From IMG/VR virus record IMGVR_UViG_3300009495_000012: 64,000 nt of DNA; one strand, 5' to 3'. The notes beneath the pieces were generated by a model. The model searched no databases. It saw only the letters and a list, made by a program, of their open reading frames with translations, and was not told where the DNA came from. This DNA is from a virus. The translations under genes were made by a program, and so were the position numbers. Within the stretch, counting starts at the first letter, position 1; every line of letters begins with the position of its first letter. Shown here one piece after another: positions 56,473-64,000 of this stretch.

Positions 56473-57036
56473 CTAACCTCTTAGACCATCTGAATGTGCT
56501 TTACTTCCAGATATATTAAAATTAAACCCTATTACGATCTTGTGTCCATCAAAAACGTAGGGACTCTTGTGTGGTAACATTGCGGGAAAAATGCAACAGT
56601 CACCTTCTTCTAATGCTAAATCTCCATGATTCATCAAGTATGTTGCGTTTTCTTTGTGGTCTAATACGAGTTGTACTACACCAGACATATTGCAACCTTC
56701 GTGACTATGGTAATCAAAGTCTGCACCATCACGGTATTCCGCAAACCAAACATTCTGCATATCATACACTTCACAATGCCATTCATCCATGTAATCTTTT
56801 ATACAGGGTTCTATCATTCTCATTAAATTTTTATGGTACGGAACTCGTTGTTCTTTTCTTGCAACTTTATAATCGGATGCAGTCATCTTAGCAAATTGAG
56901 TATCTGCTTCATCTTTAATCATCTCAATTGCCATCAAGATATTATCTCGTTCTTCTTCGAAGATGTCCTCTTCGATCCTATATTTTTTTACCCACTTATA
57001 CATTAAAATACCTTTACCCCATATTTCTGTTCCCAC
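56473..57036 (-). CDS. 2OG-Fe(II) oxygenase (TIGR02466-like)
   Basis: YHSHEGCNMSGVVQL..EGDCCIFPAMLPH..IVIGFN; paralogous to 27802..28311. Confidence 0.8.
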   Translation of the reverse strand: MGTEIWGKGILMYKWVKKYRIEEDIFEEERDNILMAIEMIKDEADTQFAKMTASDYKVARKEQRVPYHKNLMRMIEPCIKDYMDEWHCEVYDMQNVWFAEYRDGADFDYHSHEGCNMSGVVQLVLDHKENATYLMNHGDLALEEGDCCIFPAMLPHKSPYVFDGHKIVIGFNFNISGSKAHSDGLRG

Positions 57037-58373
57037 AGATGTGCATCATGATGATCATTAACCATTGGTCTACCTCGGATATTTAGTGAAGTATTAAGTA
57101 GCATCGGAACACCTGTTTTCTCATAGTACTCCTCTATCACTTTACGGAACACTGACTCACAGTCTTTCTTCACTACCTGTACACGTGCAGTCCCGTCTAC
57201 GTGTGTTACAGACGAATAGTCATGCTTTGCTTTACAGGTAAACTGCATGTATTCATTAGTCACACCCTCAAAGTATTCGTCAACAAACTCTTCGAGGATT
57301 GCGGGAGCAAACGGTCTGTACTTCTGTCTCTGTTTAATTGTATTGACTGTGTCCTTTACATCATATCGTACATCTGCAATCAGAGATCTATTACCCAGTG
57401 CACGAGGGCCGAACTCTGCTTTACCATTGGCAATACCACATACTTTTTTTGATAACAAGTGATCTACTACTTCGGATGGATTAATTTTCTTCTGTATGTC
57501 ATACCCCCTATAAGGAGTCCAGATAAGTTTATCAATGCCTGTAGCGACCTCCTGTGCGTACCCAGCGCACCCCAGAGACGATCCTGCGTCTGTTGGTGAT
57601 ATAGAGATGTGTACGTCATCGAATACGTCCCATAGAAGAGTATTGATAACTACGTTCTGAGCACACCCACCACCATATACAAGTTTGGATCCGTGCTTAC
57701 GTGCTTCGTGCATAATCTGCATAATACCGTATTGAGCAAATGCTTGAACAGATGACGCAACGTCTGCATCATCGTATTTCTCTACCCATGACTGCATCAT
57801 GTTCTTCATGTCGGAGTTTGCACCCCCATCATCCCACCACTGAGTTAACCAGTCTACAATATCGGGTACGGCAATGCCGTATGAACTTAGACCCATAACA
57901 ACATATTCATCCTCAAGTGGACGTAACCCCAACTGAACGGTGCATGTTGTGTAGACTAATCCAACTGATTTTGGTGCGAGGTATTCTTTAATTAGATTGA
58001 AGTTGCTGTCAAGAATAACAGCAGATTGTTTTTCACCTACACCATCAATAGAGACCATGACTGTTGTGTCACGATCATCCCATGGACGTGTGTAGAATGC
58101 AGTCGCACAATGCGACTTATGATGGTTAAAGGTTGAGTCGTACTTAGGATCATTCGAATGCTCGTAGAATGCCATGTGCATATGATCCCTATCAAAAGAT
58201 AGTAGATCTTTGCAACTTGCTTCCCACAAGGACGGATGAATTATTTTGTCGTTTTTCTTTTTAGAGTATCGTTCGGAATGGGACGCAAAGGTCACCACTC
58301 CATCTTCGATAACTGATAAGGCGGCATCGTGATAATTCTCACTGACTCCAACATATATCATAGTATACCTCAC
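57003..58373 (-). CDS. Carbamoyltransferase (NodU/CmcH family)
   Basis: YHDAALS..HSERYSKKKND..HHKSH..DGVGE..EYVVMGLSSYG..DAGSSLG..EFGPRALGNRSL..RPFAP..HVDGTARVQ..LLNTSLN. Confidence 0.93.
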   Translation of the reverse strand: MRYTMIYVGVSENYHDAALSVIEDGVVTFASHSERYSKKKNDKIIHPSLWEASCKDLLSFDRDHMHMAFYEHSNDPKYDSTFNHHKSHCATAFYTRPWDDRDTTVMVSIDGVGEKQSAVILDSNFNLIKEYLAPKSVGLVYTTCTVQLGLRPLEDEYVVMGLSSYGIAVPDIVDWLTQWWDDGGANSDMKNMMQSWVEKYDDADVASSVQAFAQYGIMQIMHEARKHGSKLVYGGGCAQNVVINTLLWDVFDDVHISISPTDAGSSLGCAGYAQEVATGIDKLIWTPYRGYDIQKKINPSEVVDHLLSKKVCGIANGKAEFGPRALGNRSLIADVRYDVKDTVNTIKQRQKYRPFAPAILEEFVDEYFEGVTNEYMQFTCKAKHDYSSVTHVDGTARVQVVKKDCESVFRKVIEEYYEKTGVPMLLNTSLNIRGRPMVNDHHDAHLWEQKYGVKVF

Positions 58374-58408
58374 ATAATAGTTATGTAAGTATATATGGGA
58401 TTCTTATC

Positions 58409-58996
58409 TTAGATTCCTACAATATGCTCGTAGAGATCTTTCCACGTTGGGAAGTTAGGGAACTCTTCGTTGCTCATGTTGTGACCATGCTTGATCATCA
58501 AAGACTCAAGTCCCATCTCAGCACCAACTCTGGCATTCTCTGGTTTGTCTTCAATCCAGTATGCTCCAGTGTCTTTGTACTTAGCAAGGGTTTCATCTTT
58601 ATCAGCACCACAGTCAAGGCAGATCAATTTCTCGAACACACCCTCACCGAACAACTTCTCAAGGTTCATCATTCTTAGTTTATAAGCATGGGGATCTTCA
58701 CTCAAAGAAGTAATACAGTGGAACACATATCCGTGTTCTTCATGTAACTTTCTCACATACTTAATGGCATCTCTAAGAGGGGGAAGGAATCCTATCGCCG
58801 CACTCTCGTTGAAAGTTCTTACGCAGTTCTTACTAACTGCGCTCTCAATACCATACTGGTGACCAACATCATACTGAAGTTGTGCACCTAATTGTCTCTT
58901 ATAACCGTGAGTATCCATCCAAACGTGGAAGGCATACTCCCAGTTGAGTAGAACACCGTCACAGTCGGTCAAAATTACTTTATCTAAATCGTTCAT
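58409..58996 (-). CDS. HAD-family 5'(3')-deoxyribonucleotidase-like
   Basis: ILTDCDGVLLNW motif I; WIEDKPENA motif IV. Confidence 0.85.
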   Translation of the reverse strand: MNDLDKVILTDCDGVLLNWEYAFHVWMDTHGYKRQLGAQLQYDVGHQYGIESAVSKNCVRTFNESAAIGFLPPLRDAIKYVRKLHEEHGYVFHCITSLSEDPHAYKLRMMNLEKLFGEGVFEKLICLDCGADKDETLAKYKDTGAYWIEDKPENARVGAEMGLESLMIKHGHNMSNEEFPNFPTWKDLYEHIVGI

Positions 58997-59022
58997 TGTT
59001 ACCTCATTTCGAATACATACGT

Positions 59023-59056
59023 ATTATAACACTATATGGTTATGGTGTCAAGCGTT
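59023..59056 (-). promoter_or_regulatory. Sigma70-type promoter AACGC-TTGACA-N17-TATAAT
   Basis: Perfect consensus. Confidence 0.85.
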
Positions 59057-59059
59057 TAT

Positions 59060-59878
59060 TTAAAGAAATCTACCTTCTTTTTCGTGCTTGAGCATATCGA
59101 GTTTCCACTCTCCACCAGTGTAATGACAGAAGTTTGCCTTCTCGAAGAACTCCTCATCACTACTATAATGGGGTGAGTCGTTCCACTTCTGGTCTAAGTG
59201 ACCTATCTCCATGTCATGGTACAAGAACTGTCCAGACAGATATGGTTGATCATTCATAATAGACATATGATATTGAGGTTCTGCATAGAACCATTCTTTC
59301 CAGTCCATAAAGTGCTTACGTGCAAATAGACGTGCTTCACGTTCCCACACAACTACACCTGTATTCATGATGGTTAACTTAGATGGACTTTGAGGTGGTA
59401 AAGATGGAACAATAGGAATATTGTGCATATTGAATTTTGAAACAAAGTTTAATAGTGTTTGTTTCTTGAAGTCCCAAGAATTATATCCACCACCATTAGG
59501 TGTTCGAATGTCACTTTCAAGTACACCATACACATCTGCACCTTCACACTGATCGAATATATTCTCTTCGGTGTTGACACCTATATCAGTATCTGCGAAT
59601 AGCACTTTGTCGTATTGATCGAACATAGGATCGTAGATGACCCTAAGACATTCGAATAAAAGTGCTGTACTGTCTGTGGTGTCAATGAACTTGAGTTCGT
59701 CCGAGTAGTGGTAGTCCGCACCAATCTTCTCCGCATACTTTTCGAAAGAGTTTTTAGATACCTGTGCTACATCTTTGTATAACTGAGATCTATTATGCCC
59801 ATTAATTTCACCACGATCATCGACTTCTGGTGTAACTACCATGTATTGAAATATCGCATTTTTCATTATCTTCTCCAT
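59060..59878 (-). CDS. Glycosyltransferase, GT-A fold
   Basis: YDKVLFADTDI..NTGVVVW..NDQPYL..WN..FCHY. Confidence 0.85.
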   Translation of the reverse strand: MEKIMKNAIFQYMVVTPEVDDRGEINGHNRSQLYKDVAQVSKNSFEKYAEKIGADYHYSDELKFIDTTDSTALLFECLRVIYDPMFDQYDKVLFADTDIGVNTEENIFDQCEGADVYGVLESDIRTPNGGGYNSWDFKKQTLLNFVSKFNMHNIPIVPSLPPQSPSKLTIMNTGVVVWEREARLFARKHFMDWKEWFYAEPQYHMSIMNDQPYLSGQFLYHDMEIGHLDQKWNDSPHYSSDEEFFEKANFCHYTGGEWKLDMLKHEKEGRFL

Positions 59879-59987
59879 TTGTAGGTTTCCCGACTTTCTT
59901 GATTCGGGTTCCCTTGTTCATCTCATAATACGATTTATGTCGATTACGTTTCTTATTTGAATTGTCATGACGTGCGTACTTAGACAC
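59808..59987 (-). CDS. Small basic hypothetical protein (59 aa, GTG start)
   Basis: MSKYARHDNSNKKRNRHK...; GAGG RBS. Confidence 0.45.
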
Positions 59988-60002
59988 AGTCCTGTCCTCA
60001 TT

Positions 60003-60212
60003 TTAAAAATGTTTGTTCAGTGTTTCCAGTTTATCTTCGTACTCAGCAATCTTACCAAGTTCCTGTTCGAAGTTCTCCATAACATCTGGGTGTTCTGCAA
60101 CACCAACTTGATTATATAGCATGATCTCTAAGTTTACTTTATGGAGTTCGATCTTACCTTCTAAAGACTTCCTTGTCGCCTCTATGATCCTTTCATTTAA
60201 ACTACGAGACAT
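60003..60212 (-). CDS. Conserved hypothetical protein
   Basis: GKIELHKVNLEIML.NQVGVAEHPD.ME..E.EL.KIAEYEDKL. Confidence 0.75.
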   Translation of the reverse strand: MSRSLNERIIEATRKSLEGKIELHKVNLEIMLYNQVGVAEHPDVMENFEQELGKIAEYEDKLETLNKHF

Positions 60213-60675
60213 TTTCTAATCTTACCATTAATCGTTCTGCACGATTCGTTACTTGCTTGTGCCAACGTGAATCACGTCCTTCGACTGCGGCGGTTTTCCA
60301 ATCACCATCAATTAATGCACTGTTCATCTTCTTGAACTTACTCAAACGAGTACGTCCCATGTTGAACATCATGTTAACCAAGATCTGCTGTACTTCGTCT
60401 GGAAATGCTTCAAATGTCCCTGTTTCGTATAGAGCACAACATTCAAGGATTGAGGTTTGGAGATCTCTTTCGAACACTTCCCAAACTCTATCTTTCGTAA
60501 CTTCGAATCCAACTTCTTCCCCATACTCTGGGTCTGAAGGGATAACCAAGTGCCCAACCCCAAAGGTTGGTAAACCGAGGTGATCGTGGTACACTTCATA
60601 CTTGACTCCTTCGTCAATTTTTAATTGTTCAAATACTGCTTCTTTATTCAATTCTATTCTCCTTTCAGATCCCAA
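60202..60675 (-). CDS. e: Endolysin, T4 lysozyme-like (GH24)
   Basis: EQLKIDEG..Y.DHLGLPTFGVGHL (E...D...T triad); VNMMFNMG..SRWHKQVTNRA.RL. Confidence 0.92.
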   Translation of the reverse strand: MGSERRIELNKEAVFEQLKIDEGVKYEVYHDHLGLPTFGVGHLVIPSDPEYGEEVGFEVTKDRVWEVFERDLQTSILECCALYETGTFEAFPDEVQQILVNMMFNMGRTRLSKFKKMNSALIDGDWKTAAVEGRDSRWHKQVTNRAERLMVRLENVS

Positions 60676-61250
60676 AGTAGGATCTCGTTATATTTTCGGG
60701 TAGGATCCTGTGGATCGTCCCATGTGTAATAAGGTTCACTCCTTAGAACCTCTTCTAATTTGTTCTGATCATCCCAACCAGATCTATTCTTGTAGTTTTT
60801 AAAACAAGGGAACGTAGTTAAAATCTGACCACCCTCGTTTAGACTATCTTTAATATTATCAATAACGGTTGCGTCTAACAACCCTTCAGTAAAAACACCA
60901 CATAATATTATAAAATCATACTTCTGTGGTAACGGTTTCTTTACTATATCCAATATAGTTACAGAATTATAGTATGGTTTTGATAACTCACACATCTTCC
61001 ATGATATGTCGTATCCATCCCAATCAGATCCACCGTGTTGTTTTGATAACAACCCAGAACCTATACCTATTTCTGCAACTGTCTTACCTTCTAAAGTAAT
61101 ATGTTTATTTATAAATTCACTAACGTGAGTAGGCAAACTCCAGTTCCAAGAGAGCATGTCTTCTTCGTATTTTGCCCATCTATTATATTTTTCTTCAATG
61201 AGATACGATAGATTAAATTCTCTTCTATCTGGATGCAATGACTTACCCAA
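60654..61250 (-). CDS. Class I SAM-dependent methyltransferase
   Basis: VAEIGIGSG..DGYDIS..YDFIILCG. Confidence 0.8.
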   Translation of the reverse strand: MGKSLHPDRREFNLSYLIEEKYNRWAKYEEDMLSWNWSLPTHVSEFINKHITLEGKTVAEIGIGSGLLSKQHGGSDWDGYDISWKMCELSKPYYNSVTILDIVKKPLPQKYDFIILCGVFTEGLLDATVIDNIKDSLNEGGQILTTFPCFKNYKNRSGWDDQNKLEEVLRSEPYYTWDDPQDPTRKYNEILLWDLKGE

Positions 61251-61431
61251 CTATTCCTCTACTGACTAATTCGTTACGGATCTTCTGTCTTTTCTTAGGT
61301 GCTAAGTGTGCACCTTCAAGTGCTTTCTGCAACTCTTCAGTCGGTGTTGACTTCATATAGAAGTGTTGTACTGTCTTCTTATTCGAACCCTTTGCTCGAA
61401 TCGTCTGACTCTCTTTAAATTTAACTGGCAT
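61243..61431 (-). CDS. Small conserved hypothetical protein
   Basis: MPVKFKESQ..HFYMKST..PKKRQKIRNELV.RG. Confidence 0.7.
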   Translation of the reverse strand: MPVKFKESQTIRAKGSNKKTVQHFYMKSTPTEELQKALEGAHLAPKKRQKIRNELVSRGIVG

Positions 61432-62125
61432 GTTTTTCTCCTATCATGTCTTTGGTCATTATGTAATCACGAACAAAGTCGGATCGAACAATATCTGCCC
61501 AAGTGAATTCCACTGTGGTGAAGTTCTTCATCAGTTCGAGAATGCCCATGAATTTCATGATACCTCGTTTGTCTCCTTCTTTGACAAAGTCTGATTGATA
61601 ATAATCTCCACAGAATATTATTTTACAGTTATGACCTACTCGTGTAATTATCGAGTCCAACTCGTGAAATGTCAAGTTCTGCATCTCATCTACAATAACC
61701 ACAGCATCGTTGATAGTAGTACCACGAATGTGACTTGTAGATATAAATTGTATCTGTCCGTTCTCACTTAGTTTAGAGTATGCTTCTTTATCTTCGAACA
61801 ACTCTGTACATATAGAAACGTATGGTGCAGTATATGCCTCCAACTTCTCTTCAAGTGAGCCTGGCAGAAATCCTATCTCCCTTGTAGGTACAATTGACCT
61901 ACAAATAACAACCGATTCCATGTTGTTACTTTTATCTAGTACTTCTTCTAGTGCGAGATAGAGTGCACTGAATGTTTTACCTGTACCTGCGGATCCAGAT
62001 AACACTAAGTGTGATCCAGATTTGTATGCTTCAAATACTACCTCTTGACCTTGAGTCATAGGATCAACGGTCACGAGATGTCCCGCATCTAATTTGCGAG
62101 GTTTTACTGGGTTTACTTTACGCAT
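61421..62125 (-). CDS. phoH: PhoH family ATPase
   Basis: GSAGTGKTF..RSIVPTREIGFLPG..RGTT..IVDEMQN..ITRVG..FCGD..QSD. Confidence 0.95.
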   Translation of the reverse strand: MRKVNPVKPRKLDAGHLVTVDPMTQGQEVVFEAYKSGSHLVLSGSAGTGKTFSALYLALEEVLDKSNNMESVVICRSIVPTREIGFLPGSLEEKLEAYTAPYVSICTELFEDKEAYSKLSENGQIQFISTSHIRGTTINDAVVIVDEMQNLTFHELDSIITRVGHNCKIIFCGDYYQSDFVKEGDKRGIMKFMGILELMKNFTTVEFTWADIVRSDFVRDYIMTKDMIGEKHAS

Positions 62126-62128
62126 AGA

Positions 62129-62365
62129 TTAAGTCTTAATAGTGTTGTTTTTGCCAGCGCCTGCTTTCATTCGTTTCAGATGGTCATTCCAATCTGATCC
62201 TGCAATCTGTCGTGCACTCTTGTGTCCCGAAGTTAATGCAGGTGCAACAGTATACACCCGTTTCATATTCGGATTGTCGTTTAGGTACTGATCGTATTCT
62301 GAGATTTTAAGCATCACATCGTGCACTTCATTGGTCTCATTATCTTTAAATTCATATATAGGCAT
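62129..62365 (-). CDS. FmdB-like small protein
   Basis: MPIYEFKD..T.E..MLKISE.DQYL..NP..W..HLKRMK. Confidence 0.7.
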   Translation of the reverse strand: MPIYEFKDNETNEVHDVMLKISEYDQYLNDNPNMKRVYTVAPALTSGHKSARQIAGSDWNDHLKRMKAGAGKNNTIKT

Positions 62366-62393
62366 AATTTATTTTCCGTTCCATTCCATACGA

Positions 62394-62413
62394 CATCCCT
62401 CCGAAGAGGGATG
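62394..62413 (-). other. UUCG-tetraloop hairpin without a U-tract
   Basis: Minus strand CATCCCTC-TTCG-GAGGGATG in the intergenic region. Confidence 0.6.
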
Positions 62414-62433
62414 AAGAGATATGGTCACCTTCC

Positions 62434-62595
62434 TTATTGAGTCATTTGTTGTTCAACAATGGTTTGATTTAAGTAGACCTGCTTCTTTGCTAATTTATAA
62501 GCAAGGTCTGCTTTACCTTTCTTTTTCATTCGCCGGATATAGAAATCTAATTCTTTACTATCCTGCTTCAACCGTTCCAATTGTTTTTCTGACAT
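62434..62595 (-). CDS. Small hypothetical protein (53 aa), absent from the ORF track
   Basis: MSEKQLERLKQDSKELDFYIRRMKKKGK...; GAGG RBS. Confidence 0.6.
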   Translation of the reverse strand: MSEKQLERLKQDSKELDFYIRRMKKKGKADLAYKLAKKQVYLNQTIVEQQMTQ

Positions 62596-62648
62596 CAACA
62601 CCTCTCTTTGTTAGTGGGTTTATTTAAGGGTTAAGGATCATATAGTTT

Positions 62649-63080
62649 TTACTTCACTATTAGGGTGGGGAAAATCTCCTCTGTTAGTTTTTTGGTTAAG
62701 AATTTCACTGGTGGTTCTTTATTCACCATGGACAAAACAATGACCGCATCTTGGGGATGAATGCTCTCCAACATACGAATGAATATGTTCTCACGTTTAT
62801 ACTGTGGGACATCCGCACCACCTTTCACAAAGTACCCGAATTCTTTATGCTTCTTCAGCAGTGAACTTGGGGTGGACTCTGGAATGTTTGGTTTGTACGG
62901 GGGTTTTCCTTTAGGTAAAAGGAATTCAAGAGAGTCATCGAACGTGCCTCTCAAGATGTCTTTAAGTGCGGGTACGTTTTGGTATTTAAGCAATACCTCT
63001 TTCCGACCTGCTTTGTTCTTCTGTTTTTCGAACTCTTCTAAAATCTCGAAGACCTCTGGTTGCTTGGGTTCATAATTCAT
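62649..63080 (-). CDS. Conserved hypothetical T4-like phage protein
   Basis: FLLPKGKPPYKPN..YFVKGG..KRENIFIRMLESIHP.DA. Confidence 0.75.
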   Translation of the reverse strand: MNYEPKQPEVFEILEEFEKQKNKAGRKEVLLKYQNVPALKDILRGTFDDSLEFLLPKGKPPYKPNIPESTPSSLLKKHKEFGYFVKGGADVPQYKRENIFIRMLESIHPQDAVIVLSMVNKEPPVKFLTKKLTEEIFPTLIVK

Positions 63081-63150
63081 AATTTATTATTCCTTCTACT
63101 CTATTATATAGGGTTATTAAGTTCTTGATACGAGTACTTATATCAAAAAT

Positions 63151-63180
63151 AATGTAAAACAATCCCCTCCGAAGAGGGGA
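63151..63180 (-). terminator. Rho-independent terminator with UUCG tetraloop
   Basis: Minus strand TCCCCTC-TTCG-GAGGGGA followed by a T-rich run. Confidence 0.75.
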
Positions 63181-63239
63181 CGAAAGGGGGATTATTCACT
63201 TAGGAATCATTACCAATTTTCGGATTTTTCCCCCGAACT

Positions 63240-63755
63240 TTAAGCAGCGGCAAACAATTCTGTTGCCTTCTGCTTGTAATTCTCGATTACATCACTGAAG
63301 TCTTTTGTCTCACCAGTACAAACGTAAGGTTTGTTGTAAGAACCAACGTTGATATCAACGTAGTGACTTCTGTGGAAGTAATCAGTCATTGGATCATCTT
63401 CACAGTAGAAGTCTTCACCTTCCATTGCAGACTTGAGTTCTTCAAGGAACTTAACAACAGTCGGGTTAGAACCGTAGTTATCTTCGATCCAGTAAGTGTT
63501 AACGTCAACATAGTTGTCTTGCAATCTATTAGCAAGTGACTGACAATCATAAGGATTGTACTGAGTGTCGTAATGTCTGCTATTCACCATGCTTTCATTC
63601 TTCGCACCGATGATATCAAGAGCACCCTCTTTGATGTTACACACCAAACTTGAATGGTGTCTGACTGCTAAAGTACCTTTCATGTTGTACTTCTTGAGGA
63701 CTGCTTTGATTGCAGGGGTTAATTTCTTCTTATCTTCTTGGGATACATATGCCAT
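63240..63755 (-). CDS. Early hypothetical protein
   Basis: MAYVSQEDKKKL.PAIKAVLKKYNMKG..DYF..SHYVDINVG. Confidence 0.75.
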   Translation of the reverse strand: MAYVSQEDKKKLTPAIKAVLKKYNMKGTLAVRHHSSLVCNIKEGALDIIGAKNESMVNSRHYDTQYNPYDCQSLANRLQDNYVDVNTYWIEDNYGSNPTVVKFLEELKSAMEGEDFYCEDDPMTDYFHRSHYVDINVGSYNKPYVCTGETKDFSDVIENYKQKATELFAAA

Positions 63756-63806
63756 AATTTAATTCTCTCTCAATTTGTTGCGGGTTAATTCCCAATCAAC
63801 GTACCT

Positions 63807-63840
63807 ATTATCTCATAGGTAGATGCATTTGTCAAGCGTT
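63807..63840 (-). promoter_or_regulatory. Sigma70-type promoter AACGC-TTGACA-N17-GATAAT
   Basis: Near-perfect consensus. Confidence 0.8.
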
Positions 63841-63864
63841 TTCTTGAAATAAATGCAAGTTTTT

Positions 63865-63999
63865 TTAGAAATAAGGGTTCTCCAGTTCGATTTTGCTACT
63901 ACCCAGAGTACCGAATGGTTGCTCTGCAATAGACTCAATTGCACACTGGTTGTCGTATTTCTCTCTCTGAGAGTGGCACAGTGCTATTGCCTTTCTCTC
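63865..63999 (-). CDS. 3' end of a gene running off the window
   Basis: Open frame ...AIESIAEQPFGTLGSSKIELENPYF*. Confidence 0.4.
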   Translation of the reverse strand, partial: ERKAIALCHSQREKYDNQCAIESIAEQPFGTLGSSKIELENPYF

Positions 64000-64000
64000 T

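Noticed and set aside
61421-62125. PhoH, GroES, DenV-like and HAD genes as novel auxiliary genes
   Set aside because: These are common in T4-like aquatic phages.
1653-62627. Numerous 60-225-aa ORFs antisense or out of frame to the called genes (e.g. 17612..18199+, 30516..31109+, 39913..40590-, 44051..44323-, 46187..46513+)
   Set aside because: They overlap well-supported genes, lack RBS or family motifs, and are expected shadows of biased codon usage and repeats.

Overview
A 64-kb, roughly 39% GC segment of a large T4-like myovirus, probably aquatic. Spanins and an endolysin imply a Gram-negative host. Reading right to left on the minus strand, an accessory and modification region (about 43-64 kb) carries PhoH, endolysin, 6-8 glycosyltransferase-like genes, a radical SAM/SPASM enzyme, a carbamoyltransferase, a methyltransferase, 2OG-Fe(II) oxygenases, spanins, a nuclease and a DenV-like glycosylase. 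It is followed by gp33 and gp32, a plus-strand island (gp4, gp2, gp54, gp26/gp51, tape-measure-like), the baseplate module (gp48, gp53, hub, a gp5 split over three genes, gp25, gp6, gp7, gp9-like, gp8), a 1970-aa structural protein, a 1059-aa repeat fibre and two paralogous Y/F-G-N-R-T-S-rich repeat proteins. The main discovery is that these two repeat proteins are self-complementary at the peptide level. Parsed as tetrapeptides and read inward from both ends, aromatic-x-R-x units face their own class and aromatic-x-G-x units face non-aromatic R/S-rich units. By hand count 184 of 194 pairs in the 2147-aa protein obey this, with mirrored 2-residue register shifts, a 21-aa tip loop conserved in both paralogues and a 234-aa domain looped out as a bulge. 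This points to a giant out-and-back antiparallel hairpin fibre with a base-pairing-like code. Other notable items are a probable -1 frameshift (T TTT TTA) fusing gp26 to gp51 just upstream of the tape-measure-like gene, and an in-frame TAG in gp2. All family calls are by motif recognition and synteny; no database searches were run.
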